Below are positions 1 through 12,820 of a stretch of 64,000 nucleotides of DNA, in pieces; positions within the stretch are counted from its first letter, which is position 1; every line of letters starts with the position of its first letter. The notes beneath the pieces are model-generated. The model did not search any database. It had not been told where the DNA came from and saw only the letters and a list, made by a program, of their open reading frames with translations. The translations under genes were made by a program, and so were the position numbers. The stretch is from Lama guanicoe. Its lineage: Eukaryota. Where the stretch lies: assembly GCA_013239625.1 (NCBI GenBank), contig MU053934.1, positions 6,528,399 to 6,592,398 of the forward strand, in the 5' to 3' direction.

Positions 1-1570
1 CAGAGGTTGTGACATTTCGGCAAAAGCCTGATCCCTGGCTTTTACAGAGACATGGGACAAGACACCTTGGCCTAGCAGGGAAGGTCTAGGAGTGGGGTGG
101 TGGGCATTGGAGAGGCTGAGTAGGAGAGTGATGCTTGGTGCCCCGAAACCATGATCTCATCCTCCCTGGAGAAGCTGTTTTATATGTCTGCTGCCAGCTG
201 CTGGTCTCCACACCCTCAACCGTTCTTAACCCCCTGCAGGGAGAAGGCCTCCTGGGCACTGTCCTTCCACCTGTGCCAGCCACCCCCTGCCCCACTGCTG
301 AATGAAGGCCATTTCAAGCACCGCTTCTCCCTCCATTCCTCTCAGCTGTTATTGCTGCAGGGCCACGCCCTTTTAGTGCGGCGCATGTCCAGCCCACCAC
401 CACAGCCCCTCTCAGCCCCCAGCAGGTGGGAGGGGCCAGCTGCCTCTTTAGGACAGTGGCTTCCTCCATTTATCCAAACCGCCCCTCTCCTCCCAGTGGA
501 ATGGAGTTCTCGCCAGCACTGCCCTCCTCCATCGTCTGTGTCAGCCGGTCCTAGCCCATCTGTAGGGTGAAAAGAACTCACCAAGAGCTTCTTCTGCCCT
601 TGCAAATCCATACCAGCTACTTGTAACCATCTCCAAGGAAAATGACATTGCTCCCTGTCCATTCATCTGCATGATCTGCTCTTGGCTTCCTTCAAGGGTC
701 AAGAAAGCAACTTTTCTGCTTGTCAGATTTGTTGACGTCAGCTGTGTGAGCCCCAATGTGGGACAAGGGTGTCTCCTTCATTGCTTTAAGCTTATTTATA
801 AGGATGGGTCACTACAGATGTGGAGGAGCAAGGGCTAGGATCACTTTTTAAAAAATCACCACTTGTGACTGGCCCAGAGTGCAGTCACACACCCTCCCTA
901 CCCTGTAATGGAGCCACTTAGGAAGAATGGCTTTCCTGAAGAGTCATGTCTGGAGTTGACTTCCTTATCCTCAAACTTTAAATAAGAACTAAACACACAT
1001 ACAAAACTCCAGAAACTCACAAAATGTAAACTCTAGGAAGAAGAAAAGTACCCTTCTGTCCACTTAGCAATAAAAAGGATCTCTTCCCACCTACCCTGAC
1101 TATCCTATTCCCCACCCCCACCACAACCCCAACCCCATTAATGTGAGTAATGAATTAGCCTGGCCACAGTTGGTCACTGTAGGCTAGTGGAAAATCCCCA
1201 ACGGAGGGCAAAGCCCCCTATCAGATGCATGAATGTTTGCGAATGTTGGCTGCCACTGCCCCACACACTGTCTTTATGGAATACTCCCTACCCACTGCCC
1301 CACCATTTCCACCTGGACACAACTTGTTCAAAGGCTGGTGACTTGTGGGCCATTCATCTACAACCAAGTCCCGATGGAGCAAGAGGCCCAAGCCTAGGGG
1401 ATGCAAGAACGACCCATTAAATGTTACCAGTCCCAGCCAACCTTTTGGTGACATGGTTAAATTTCCCAATTGAAACTAAGCCAACAGACACTCAAACTGG
1501 TTGTGTAAATGTTGCTAGACTTTATGTGTTGTACAACTAAACATTGCTGTTTGAACAATAACTGTCTGGC
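1..1570 (+). other. SEPTIN3: Probable 3'UTR of SEPTIN3 (no coding exon in window)
   Basis: Non-repetitive sequence with no credible ORF, directly upstream of WBP2NL where SEPTIN3 ends in the conserved gene order; AATAAA at 1069-1074. Assignment is mostly by synteny and the end point is approximate. Confidence 0.55.
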
Positions 1571-2504
1571 CTGTGTCTTACTTGTGCTCCTCATTCCTTG
1601 AGTAAATCAGCTATTACATTATTTCACCCATGTGTGGAGGCTGAGGCAAGGACCATCTTGGTAAGAAGTGGACACAGGAATTAGAGATGGAAAACATTTT
1701 GTGAGGTCAGCTCATCTTCAGTTGGCATGAAGTTGGACCTCAGTCATGATTCCCTGGAGTTTTGTATCCAAAGTGGATGATGGAGCTGTCATACTTGACC
1801 TTAAGGGAAGCTGTGCTCTGCATAGTCTGTCTTCTCCAACAGAAACAAATTTTTTTCATTCAGTTAATTTCCTAGCCTTTCCCCTTGTTTTTCCAGGAGG
1901 TATAAAAACCAAATCTATGAAAGGAGTGGACCCATCTTGCCTAGAAACCTGCCTGCTTTGCAGTGAAGACATTTTAAGAGTTTAGAATTTAAATTTAAAG
2001 CACTAGCTTATCTCTTGCCTTTTCCAGACTTAAACCAATCCATCCTCCCTTTGAGGTTCACAGTCTTCTATAGCAGCAAATACCACAACTCTCACCTGTA
2101 TATTATTTCCCTGAATTTGAATGTAACAACTGTAAACAAATGTGCTCGGGGTCTTAACATTCTGTAGGGTGAGCACAAGGTACAGATGTATGGTTGGGGG
2201 ATCAAGACTGGAGGAAGACAAGTCAGTAGGCTCTTGGAATCATTCAAGTAAAATGATGAGGGCTGGAATTAGAGCAGCAACGCCAAGATGGAGAGAAATG
2301 AGATCTGAGTGACTGAGCAGTTTAGTAAACAAAATATCATGGCTGAAAGAAACCTAAGAGTTCTTCTAATCCTTCCTTCAAACAGACATGGAAACAAGTC
2401 TAGAAAGCTAATCATCTTGCTCAAGATTGCACAGTTACCAGTGCAGGACAGGGCCTAGGTGTCAATGCTTGTTCTACTGCTTCACATCATTCTGATGACA
2501 GTCT

Positions 2505-2658
2505 TATACTTTAAAGATACATATATTTCTGAAATTAGGATACATCTTACAACTGATGACATGTCCCATTGATTTGGCAACTTTTTCCCCTTAGAAGCAC
2601 ATTTGAAAATGGTGCATTTTATAACTGACAACATCTTAAATTTGATGAAATACGGTAG
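2505..2658. mobile_element. Old Tc2/MER104-like DNA transposon remnant
   Basis: Ends in catcttaaatttgatgaaatacgg-ta, resembling the MER104/Kanga terminal repeat followed by TA. Confidence 0.45.
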
Positions 2659-3089
2659 GTAGTCCAGAAGATGTTAACATCCTTTTGTTTGAAGCCCTCT
2701 GGTGCTATTTGCGAAGTTTAAAGGAAATAAGGATAATTACAGCACTTTAGTCTTAAAAGCAATTCTGGTATAATACATCCCACCCGATCCTCACAATCAC
2801 CCTTTGGAGGAGGCAGGGCAGTTACGATGAGTGACAGAGACAACAGTCTCTCTCCATCAGGATCGGAATTCTTCTTTTGACTTCTTGCCCCAGCTCACGC
2901 ACCCTTTCCTGGATGCTGCCTCACAAGAAATCGGCTCTGATTCCAGGCTTTCTCTGGTTTAAGAAAGTTCTGCTTGCCTTAAGAGAGTTGAGGAATCATT
3001 CCGGACTCTTTCTCCAAAGGACAACAGCTTCCTGACCCAAGCCAGGGAGAGGGCAGGAAAATCCCGTTTTAAACAGGACCAGTTCAAGT

Positions 3090-4100
3090 CCATACCCGCG
3101 GGCAGCGGGGCAATGAGGTGGGGGCAACCACGCAGTTGCCAGGACAGCCAGTGGCTGTAAGGAGGATGCTCACGCCTCACTCACCTCTCTGCGCTCGGGG
3201 ACTGGACTCAATTCCCTGGACCCGCTCCCCTTCCCCATCACGTCTGTCTGAATGCCGACTGCGCCTCCTCCTCTGACCACGGCCCCTCACGTGACCAGCC
3301 GCCTCGCCCACCCGCTCCCTGCCCTTGCGCCATAATCTCCGCCCTCCCCTTCAGAGCCCCGCCCAACGCTTGGCACAGACCCCGCCCCTTCCCATCTGAG
3401 GGGCGGCAGGAGAGGGTCTGGATCTGGATGGCAGTGAACCAGAGCCACACCGAGAACCGCCATGCGGCCATCATCCCTTTTGGCGAAAGGTGCCTGACGG
3501 GAAGCTCCGGACGCTGTCACAGGAGGGAGGAGACGCAAGGGGCACAGCCGGCGGCTCTCGAACTCTCAGCGAATCAGAGACTTTCCCGCCTTTTCTGGGC
3601 GCCGCACGCTTAGCTCCGCCCTGACGTTAGGGCGCACACGCCGCCTCGCGGGTGCGCCGGATGCGAAGGTGGCGGCGGGCGTGCGGGGCTTCAGGCGTGT
3701 GTCGCCTCAGAAGAAAAGTGGAGGTGCACTGGTGGGAGTGGAGAGTCGCACTGCCCCTCCGGGTCGCGTGGGGCTGCCGTTGTGAGCCCGCCACCTTTGT
3801 AGGCTGACGGGAACAAAGTCCTGGGCTTCTGGGAGGTAGAAGAGGCGTGAGTGTAGGTCTTTCTGGAAAGATCCCGAACTGTGTGTGGGGAGGAGCCTCA
3901 CCCGCAGAACTTCAAACAGCCCTCTTTCTTCTTCCCCCTAACCGAGGAGATGACCGGTCTTACTTTATTGAAAATATCCAGACCATAAGACGTCGCGTCT
4001 AGGAAGAATGATGAGCTCTCGGCCTCCCATGGCGGCCTGGGGTTTGTACCTGTCGTTTTGCGTGGTGTTTGGGTGCCTGCCACTCGGCGCTCCTCTCGCC
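3090..4100 (+). promoter_or_regulatory. CpG island / promoter of WBP2NL
   Basis: CpG-dense region spanning the first coding exon; palindromic E-box TCACGTGA at 3287-3294; several CCGCCC GC boxes. Confidence 0.75.
3428..3489 (+). CDS. WBP2NL: WBP2NL (PAWP, postacrosomal sheath WW-binding protein) coding exon 1
   Basis: ATG..MAVNQSHTENRHAAIIPFGE, 62 nt, donor AAG|GTGCCT. Confidence 0.95.
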
Positions 4101-6074
4101 TCCATCAGGCCCAGCCCAGAGCAGCCCGTTTTCACTTCCCCACCTAATGCTTTGACTCCGCTCCACATCTCTCCTCAAAACCCAGCCACCATTTCCCAGA
4201 GTCCTTTTGGCTCCTCCAGCAATTCTTAATTATGCTTCTCTCTCTGTCCCGATTTGCCCTCATTTTCCTTTGCTCTCGCTCCACAGTGAGACTCTGAAAC
4301 CCAGTGCAGTGCTCAGGTGAGACTGAGCTTGGTCGCTGTGACTCATATGTCAGAAAGATCCGTTAAGACAGTACCAAATGCTGATGTCCAGATCTTTTTT
4401 TCTATACTCCCTTCCCCAGAATATTTTCTTGACGGATTTATACGCACCATCAAGGCTTTATGACCTCCCTTGCTCCTGAAGGACCTCTGCTGCTTTATGA
4501 AGTATTGTAGTAGAAAATGATTGCTCGCCATTCTGACCGCAGTGTCTCCGTACACACTGGCCTAGAGAACTTTGATCTGTGTGTCTGTGGCTCTGTGCCT
4601 TGAAGCCGCTTCTAATCTGACGTTTGGATGTCTTCTCATTCAGGCTACGGGCTTGTCTTTCTGCTTTTCTGTTTGTGTGCTGGAGGCAGGGAATGAAGCA
4701 GGGTTTTTAAAAATTATAACAAATACAGATTTTATGGTCCTTTGAATTGTCTTTGTGGGGTCCTTTCTGTGCACTTGAGTGGTTAATCACAGCCAAGCAC
4801 TGTTCTAAGGGCTGTATACATGTATCTGCTCTGCCTGCAATGAGGATCGGTACAGTTTTCCTCATTTCAAGGTGGGAAAACTGAAACAAAGAGGAAATAA
4901 TTTGCTTAAAATCATATAGCCATTGCATGTGGGAGACCTTTGAACTTAGGTACTGTGCATTAACTTCTCTACTCCAGCTGCCCCTCAAAAAGGAAAAGGA
5001 CTGCTTCTCTGCTTTCTCCTCATCAAAGAAAGCTCTGTTGTTGCACTGGCTTCCTGGATTGAAACTACTTTAAAGAAATAGCTGGAGAGAGGGGGAAGAT
5101 TGGTTGTATTTTGACTTCTCCTGCCTAGTCACAATACACAGTTGAGAAATTCATCACAGCTTGACTGTGTTTAGTGGAGGTTTTTTCTGATCCCAGCTGA
5201 AAATTCATAAATGTATGAGCCAGACTCTACTCGTAAAAAGAGAAGACATTGAGGGTTTTTTTTTTAAACCCATATTCTGAAACGTGTGCAGATAATGCCA
5301 TGTGTGTTCATTGTAGAAAAATTGGGAAACATTTAAAATTACCCCGAATTCCAACATCCAGTACTTTTTACATTTTGGTATATAGCCTTCTGCACTTCCC
5401 TCTCTGAAAACACACATTTCCTCACCTCAGACTGCTTTGTAACTTGTTTTTCTCATTTACCAATGTATTGGGAATGCGTACCAGTATTAGTATCTGTATC
5501 ATTATTTTCAGTATCTGGTATTGCAGTATGCTTGAATCTTTACTCAAGCCCCTATCTGGGATATTATGGTCTTAATTTTTCATTGCTATAAACGTTGCTG
5601 CAGTGAATTTTTTAAAGACTTCTTTCTACCCAACTGTCAAAATGTTTTTTTCAGACATATTCCTGAAAGTAGAATTGTGGGATCAGAGGACATACTTTTT
5701 AAAACAGATTTAAAATATACTTTAAAAATATGAAAAGCTTTGTCAAATTATCTTAAAGTATTAAATATATTTTATATTTTAATATACTTATAAGTAGAAA
5801 TATACTTATTGCAAAATCACCCTACAGAAGTGACATTACATTTACATCTACATTTCTCTTCATACTGAGTACCAAATTTCATCATACGTTTGCCAACACC
5901 CTGTGTTAACTTTTGATAGCTCTTTCAGTCTGATAATGGAATCTAAATAATGAAATTTTTTTTTAAGTTTTATCACTAGTGAAATTATTTTTGTCATATT
6001 GTTATTAGCCATTTATGTCTTTGGTAAATTTTCGTTGTTCATAAATGTTCTTTTTTTTTGCTAAGTTGTCCATC

Positions 6075-9000
6075 ATTTTTGTGTGTGGTAAAAACAACAA
6101 AATTTATCATCTTAACCATTAAAAATTGTATATATTTAAGATATACAATGTGATAATTTGATGTACTACACATAGTGAAATGATCACTAGTCATCATCTC
6201 ACATAATTACCATTTTTTGGTGTGATGACAGCACTTGAAATCTATTCTCTTAGCATATTTCTAATGTTCAGTACAGCATTAATAAGTCTGTACATTGGAT
6301 CTCTAGACTTATTTATCCTAAATGATGGTAAATTTGTATCTTTTCCTGGCATCCCTTCAATCCCAATAACTGTTGTTCTACTGTCTTTCTGTGAATTTGA
6401 CTTTTTGTTTTTAAAGATTCCACATGTAGGTGAGATCATATAGTATTTGTCTTTGTCTGAGTTATTTCAATTGGCATAATGTCCTCAAAGTTCACCCATG
6501 TTGTAGCATGTGACAAGATTTCCTTCCTTTTTAAGACTGAATAATATTCCATAGTATTTATATACTACATTTTGTTTCTCCATTCAATCACTGATGGCAT
6601 TTGCATTTAGGTTTCTTCTACCTCTTGATTATTGTGAATAGTGGTGCTATGAATGTGAGTGTGCAAATATCTCTTTGAGACCCTGCTTTCAATTCTTTTC
6701 AATATATACCCAGAGTGGGATTGCTGGATAATAGAGTAGTAATATTTTTAATTTTTAAGGAGACTCCATATTATTCCATAGTGGTTGCACCATTTTACAG
6801 TCCCACCAAGAATGCACAGGTGTTCCAGTTTCTCCACATCCTAGGCAACACTTATTATTTTCTGGTGCTTTTTTTAAATAATAGCCATCTTAATTGGTAT
6901 GAGGTGATATCTCATTTGTTGTTTTGATTTGCATATCTATGATGATTGGTCATAGTGAACATCTTTTCATATTTTTTGGCCATTTAGATATCATATTTGG
7001 AGAAATGTTTATTTAAATCCTTTATCCATTTTAAAATCAGGTTATGTTTTGTTGTTGAGTTGTAAGGAGTTCTTTATATATTCTGGATATTTTAACCCCT
7101 TATCCAATTAACCCCTATGACTTGCAAATATTCCCCCTCATTCTGGAGGTTGACTTTTCACTCTGTTGATTGTGTCCTTTGATGCACCAAAGTTTTCAAG
7201 TTTGATATAGTCCCATTTTTCTATTTCTGCTTTTGTCACCTGTGCTTTTGGTGTCAAATGCAAGAAACTTGCCAAGTCTAACAGCATGAAATTTTCCACC
7301 TATGTTTTCTTCCAGGAGTTTTGTAGTATTAAGTCTTATGTTTAGTTCTTTGATCCATTTTGAACTGATTTTTTAATATGGTGTAAGAAAAGGTCCAACT
7401 TCATCCCTTTGCATGTGGATATCTATTTTCCCAACATCAGTTGTTCAAGAGATTGCCCTTTCCCCATTGAGTGGTTATGGCATCTTTGTGGAATTTTGAA
7501 GATTATTTGACCATGTACCTGAGGGTTTATTTCTGAGCTCTATAGTCTATTCCACTGTCTTTATGCCAGTACCACACTGTTTTGATTACTGTAGCTTTGT
7601 GATACATTTAGAAACCAGGACATGTGAGTCCTCCAACTATGTTCTTTTCAAAATTGTCTTGGCTACTCAGAGTCCCTTGAGATGCCATATGAATTTTAGA
7701 ATGAATTTTCTTGTGTGTGAAAAAAAATGCTTTTGGGTTCTTGATAGAGACAGCATTGAATCTGTAGACTGCTTTAGTTACTATGGACATCTTTAACAGT
7801 ATTAAGTTTTCTAATACATGAGCATGGGATGTCTTTCCATTTATTTGTATCTTCTTTAACTTACTGTCTAGTGTCTTTTATTTTAGGCTGAAGGACTTCC
7901 TTTAGCATTTCTTGTTTATTTGGTAAAGTTTTAATTTCCCTGTAATTTTTGAAGGATAGTTTGGCCAGATATAGAATTCTTGGTTGATCACTTTTTTTCC
8001 TTCTAGTACTTTGAATATGTCATCTTGCTACCTCCATAGTTTCTGATGATAAGTCAGCTGTTTGTCTTATTGAGAATTCCTTGTGCATGATGAGTCACTT
8101 CTCTTGCTGCTTTCAAGATTCTCTGTATTTGGCTTTCAGCAGTTTGATTATAATGTGTCTTGGTGTGGATCTATTCGAGTTTATTCTACTTGAGATTTGT
8201 TAAGCTTGGATGTGTAGGTTCATGTCTTTCATTAAATGTAGGAAATTTTTGGCCATTATTCAAAAAGTCTTTATGCTCCCTTTTTTCTGTCCTCTTTTTC
8301 TTCTAGTCCCATTATGTATATGTTGGTATGTTTAATTGTGTTCCAAAGGTCTATTAGACTCTGTTCCTTTTTCTTCACTCTTTTTACTTTCTGTTACTCA
8401 GATAGTAACTGTTAACTTTGATTGACCTATGTTCAAATTCAATAATTCTTCCTGCTGAAATCTGCCATTAAGTCCCCCAATATTGAATTTTTTATCTCAG
8501 TTATTGTAGTCTTCAATTCCAGAATTTCTATTTGATTCTTTTTTATAATTTCTATCTTTTTATTGATATTCTCTACTTGTGAGACATTGTTCTCAACCTT
8601 TTCCTTTAGTTGTTTAGTCATTGTTTCCTTTAACTTTTGGAATATATTTAAAATAGTTTATTTAAAGCCTTTGTTAGTTAATCTAATTTCTGGGCTTCTT
8701 CAGGGGCAGTTTCAATTAATTTCTTTTTCTCCTGTGAATGGGACATACTTTCTTGTGTCTTTGTATGCCTTGTGATTTTTTTGTTGTTGTTGAAAATTGG
8801 ACATATTTTGAATTATAATGTGACAGCTCTGGAAATCAGATTCTCCCTTGTCCTCTGGGTGTTGTTGCTGCTTGTTGTAGTGGTTTTGTTTGTAGTATTA
8901 TGTAGTAGTTTTTCTGAACTAATTTTTTAAAGTCTATACTCTTTGTTTGTCTTGTGTGGCTCTTGACAAATGTGTACTCTTTTCTATTAATTTAGTGGCT

Positions 9001-9770
9001 TGCTAGTGATTTGACAATTTGCTTACATGTCTGCAACAACAAAAACAACAACAACAACAACAACAATAATAACAAACCCAGTCTTTGCAGATGAGGGGTG
9101 TGTGTGTGTGTGTGTGTGTGTGTTTTGGAGCCTGTATCACTCAGCCAGGCAGTTTAAAACTCTGTCTTATCTTTTACTTTTTACTTAGGCAGAGCCTCAT
9201 TATCAGCCAGAGGTAAGAGTTTAGGTACTTCTCAGGTTTCTTCTGAGCATGAACTCAGCCTTGAAAATATATGTGTTGTGCTTTCTAGATTCCCATGAAC
9301 GTGTCAGAGGTTTTCAAAGCCTTTATTCCTCAAAGCTTCTCATTCCCCAGTCTTTCCTTACTGAATTTTCAGTTTTTTTTAATTGTTTGCCCAAATGTCA
9401 CCCTTTGCCCCAGATAGCAGTTCTAACAGATTTTGCTTGAAATGTTTTTGACACGTGTACCCTGGGTGGCTGCCTAAGTCCTGAGAGAGTTCTGAATTAG
9501 CCACATGCCCTGAGAGGCAGTCCTTCAGGAAACCACCAGACAGGTCAAAACAGACAATCACAGTTCTCTGAGGTCTGTTCTCCTCCCTCCAGTACTTGGT
9601 ACCAGTACTGAGAATGTGGATTGTTGTTTTCAAGATTGTTGCCAAGCTGGGGAGTGGAGGAGAGTACCAGGGTAGGTTAAAGTGTACAAAGCTCTCTTAT
9701 TGAGATTCAACTAGTTTTTTTTCTTGATTAAACATCCCCCTAGTTGCTGTAAGCTTTTGATTAGATTTTA
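6075..9770 (-). mobile_element. Old, fragmented L1 (L1MA/MB-type), antisense in WBP2NL intron 1
   Basis: Decayed L1 3'UTR/ORF2 fragments (e.g. KAVYRFNAVSIKNP at 7608-7790) and ORF1-like fragment (KKNQIEILELKTTITEIKNS at 8439-8621); boundaries approximate. Confidence 0.8.
9035..9123. repeat. (CAA)n and (TG)n microsatellites
   Basis: Visible directly in the sequence. Confidence 0.9.
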
Positions 9771-9789
9771 GAATTCTGGGCTTATTTTT

Positions 9790-12700
9790 TAACATTTTTT
9801 ATTGAGTAATAGTCATTTTACAATGTTGTGTCAAATTCTAGTGTAGAGCACAATTTTTCAGTTATATATGAACATATATATATTCATTGTCACATTTTTT
9901 TTCGCTATGAGCTACCACAAGATCTTGTTTATATTTCCCTGTGCTATACAGTATAACCTTGTTTATCTATTCTGCATTTTAAAATCCCAGTCTGTCCCTT
10001 CCCACCTCCCACCCCCTTGGCAACCACAAGTTTGTATTCTATGTCTATGAGTCTGTTTCTGTTTTGTATTTATGTTTTGTTTTGTTTTAGATTCCTCATA
10101 TGAAGAGCAATCTCGTATTTTTCTTTCTCTTTCTGGCTTACTTCACTTAGAATGACATTCTCCAGGAACATCCATGTTGCTGCAAATGGCGTTATGTTGT
10201 CAGTTTTTATGGCTGAATAGCATTCCATCATATAAGTATACCACATCTTCTTTACTCAGTCATCTGTTGATGGACATTTAGGCTGTTTCCATGTCTTGGC
10301 TATTGTAAATAGTGCTGCTATGAACATTGGGGTGCAGGTGTCATCCTGAAGTAGGGTTCCTTCTGGATTTATGCCCAGGAGTGGGATTCCTGGGTCATAT
10401 GGTAAGTCTATTCCTAGTCTTTTGAGGAATCTCCATACTGTTTTCCACAATGGCTTTCCTTGCTTCCCTCTCCTACTCTTAATGATTTAGATGTCTTCTT
10501 TTACAATTTTGTTTATTCTTCTTGTAGTTCATGGCAGTTATCTCCTTTCCAGTTATGAGTTTCTCATTTTTGTAGCATCCTACTTCTTTTCTATTTAGAG
10601 TAGACCTGTGAATATTTCTTTTAGCATGGGTTTAGTGTTGCTAAACTCTTTTAGTTTTTGCTTGTCTGTGAAGTTCTTTATCTCTCCTTCTATTCTAAAG
10701 GATAGCCTTGCTGGATAGAGTATCCTAGGCTGCATTTTTTTTTTTCATTCAGGACTTTGAATATATCTTGCCACTCCCTTCTGGCCTGTAGTGTTTGTGT
10801 AGAGAAATCAGCTGAGAGCCTTATGGGAGCTCCCTTGTAACTCACTCTTTGTTTTTCTCTTGATGCCTTCAGGATCATTTATCCTTGACGCTGGCCATCT
10901 TGATTATAATATGTCTTGGTGTGGGTCTGTTTGGGTTCTTCCTGTTTGGGACCCTCTGAACCTCCTGTACTTGGATATCTGATTCCTTTAGGTTTAGGAA
11001 GTTTTCAGTTATGATTTCTTCAAATACCTTTTCAATCCCCTTTGTTCTTTCTTCCCCTTCTGGAGCCCCTATTATGCATAGACTGGCACGCTTTATATTA
11101 CCCCTTAGGTCCCTTATATTGTTTTCATTGTTTTTTATTTGTTTTTCTTTCAGATGTTCTGATTGGGTGCTTTCTGTTGTCCTGTCTTCTAGGTCACTTA
11201 TTCGTTCCTCTGCATTATCTAGCCTGCTTTGTACAACCTTTAGGTTAGATCTCATCTTAGCAAATGAGTTTACTAATTCTACTTAGTTCTTCTTTATAGC
11301 TTCTATTTCATTTTTGACATATTTTATATCTCTAAACACTATTTCTTTTAGTTCCTTCGGTACTTTGATCACTCCTTTTTTGAAATCTTGATCTAGTAGG
11401 CCATCAATGTCTATTTCCTTGATCGTGCTTTCAGGGGATTTCTCTTGATCTTTTAATTGGGAGTGGTTCCTCTGCTTCTTCATATTGCTCATATCTCTCT
11501 GGCACTGTGGCTTAAGGAGTATCAGTTACCTAGTTCTCCTGGAGATGCTGTGCTCCTAATGATTTTATTGAGAGGAGAGAGGTCTTTTCACCCTGTTTCA
11601 CGAACTCAGCTTGCTGTTTCCAGAGGCCCTCTGTTGGCGCTCTCTTCTGTGCTGCTCCCAGTGGCTGTTGGCTAGCAGATCGTGCTGCCTCCCAACACTA
11701 GGTCAGGTGCTGAGCTCTTATCCGGTGGGCGGGCAGGTCACTCCCCTTCCCGATGCCGCAGTCAGATGCTGCTACTCAGGGGAGGCAGGTGGGCAGATAG
11801 CACCCCCTCCCAGCACCACAGTCAGATGCTGCATTCCTGCCAGGAAAGCGGGTTTCCGCCTGCCCTTTCCCGATGCCGGTCGCTCCACTGCTCTGTGCAG
11901 CTGCCCACTCTGCCTCGGGTCGGCATTCCGAAGGCGGGCTCAGGGAAGACCGTGGAATGGCCCCGCCTCTGCTCTGTACCAAATCTCAGCTCCTTGTTTG
12001 TCTTGGTGGCGTGAGTTCTCTGAGGTACCAGGGCAGAAAGATCCTATCTGCCTCCAGCTGTAAAGTCTCAGTCCTGCCTAGGAGGTTGCGGAGCTCCCTG
12101 GTGTGGATTCAGGTCTCGCCCCGCCGCCTCCTGGGCACTGTGCACAGGAGACTATGGCAGCTGTGGCTGAGCCCCGCCTCTCTTCTCGCAAGAAGTGCCA
12201 GTAAGGGCGGCACAGGTCTGAGGAGACAAGGGCTATGGCGCTCCTCCCCCCCAGGGCACACCAGCCATGTTGCTTTGCTTTTTTCGCAATTTATGGGGGA
12301 CCGAGGTTCTGCTCCGTATCCCTTCCCAGCCACGGCACGCAGCCCCCTGCAGTCCCCTGGGGCTGCCTCAGTGCAGCCTCCCCAGTCCTTCAGCCAGCTC
12401 GGGATGCCTGCCCCGGTCCCCGCTGCCGGCTTGCGTCTTGGGCTGGGTGTCGCGGGGACCCTTTGTGCCTGTTTAACTCAGTTCTGTTGGTCAAAGGGTG
12501 CTCGGGGCAGATCTGAGCCTCAGAGGTTCCCCCTCTGTCCCACTGGCCTCTCTGTTGGAGAGAGGAGACCCAGCGAACGAGTGCCAGTCCTCCTTTGCCA
12601 CTCCCTCCCCGCGGGATTGGTCCCACACTGTTTTGCTTTTTCTTCTTTCTTTTTTCCTACCAGAGTCTTGGCGTCTTTGTCTTTCGAAGAGGGCGATGTT

Positions 12701-12820
12701 CTGTCGGAGTTTGGCAGGTGTTCTGGTTGGCTGAGTGGGTCTGTAGATGTCAGTTTTGGTGTATTTGTGGGAGAGGGTGAGCTACAAGCGTCCTTCTACT
12801 CCGCCATCTTGCTTCCTCTG
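9790..12820 (-). mobile_element. Young lineage-specific L1 with 5'UTR, ORF1 and 3' end but ORF2 almost entirely deleted; TSD-flanked
   Basis: CpG-rich 5'UTR 11493-12820; disrupted ORF1 10595-11492; ORF2 C-terminus ([19 protein letters not shown]) only below about 10455; TSD tctgggct(t/g)attttt at 9775-9789 and 12821-12835. Confidence 0.9.
10595..11492 (-). pseudogene. L1 ORF1p, disrupted (one premature stop, two frameshifts)
   Basis: MSNMKKQRNHSQLKDQEK...RLDNAEERISDLED...TPRHIIIKM...IRLSADFS..LQARREW; stop at 11283-11285, frameshifts near 10878 and about 10740. Confidence 0.85.

Noticed and set aside
151..756. Overlapping 70-139 aa ORFs at the window start
   Set aside because: No septin or other domain similarity; consistent with 3'UTR.
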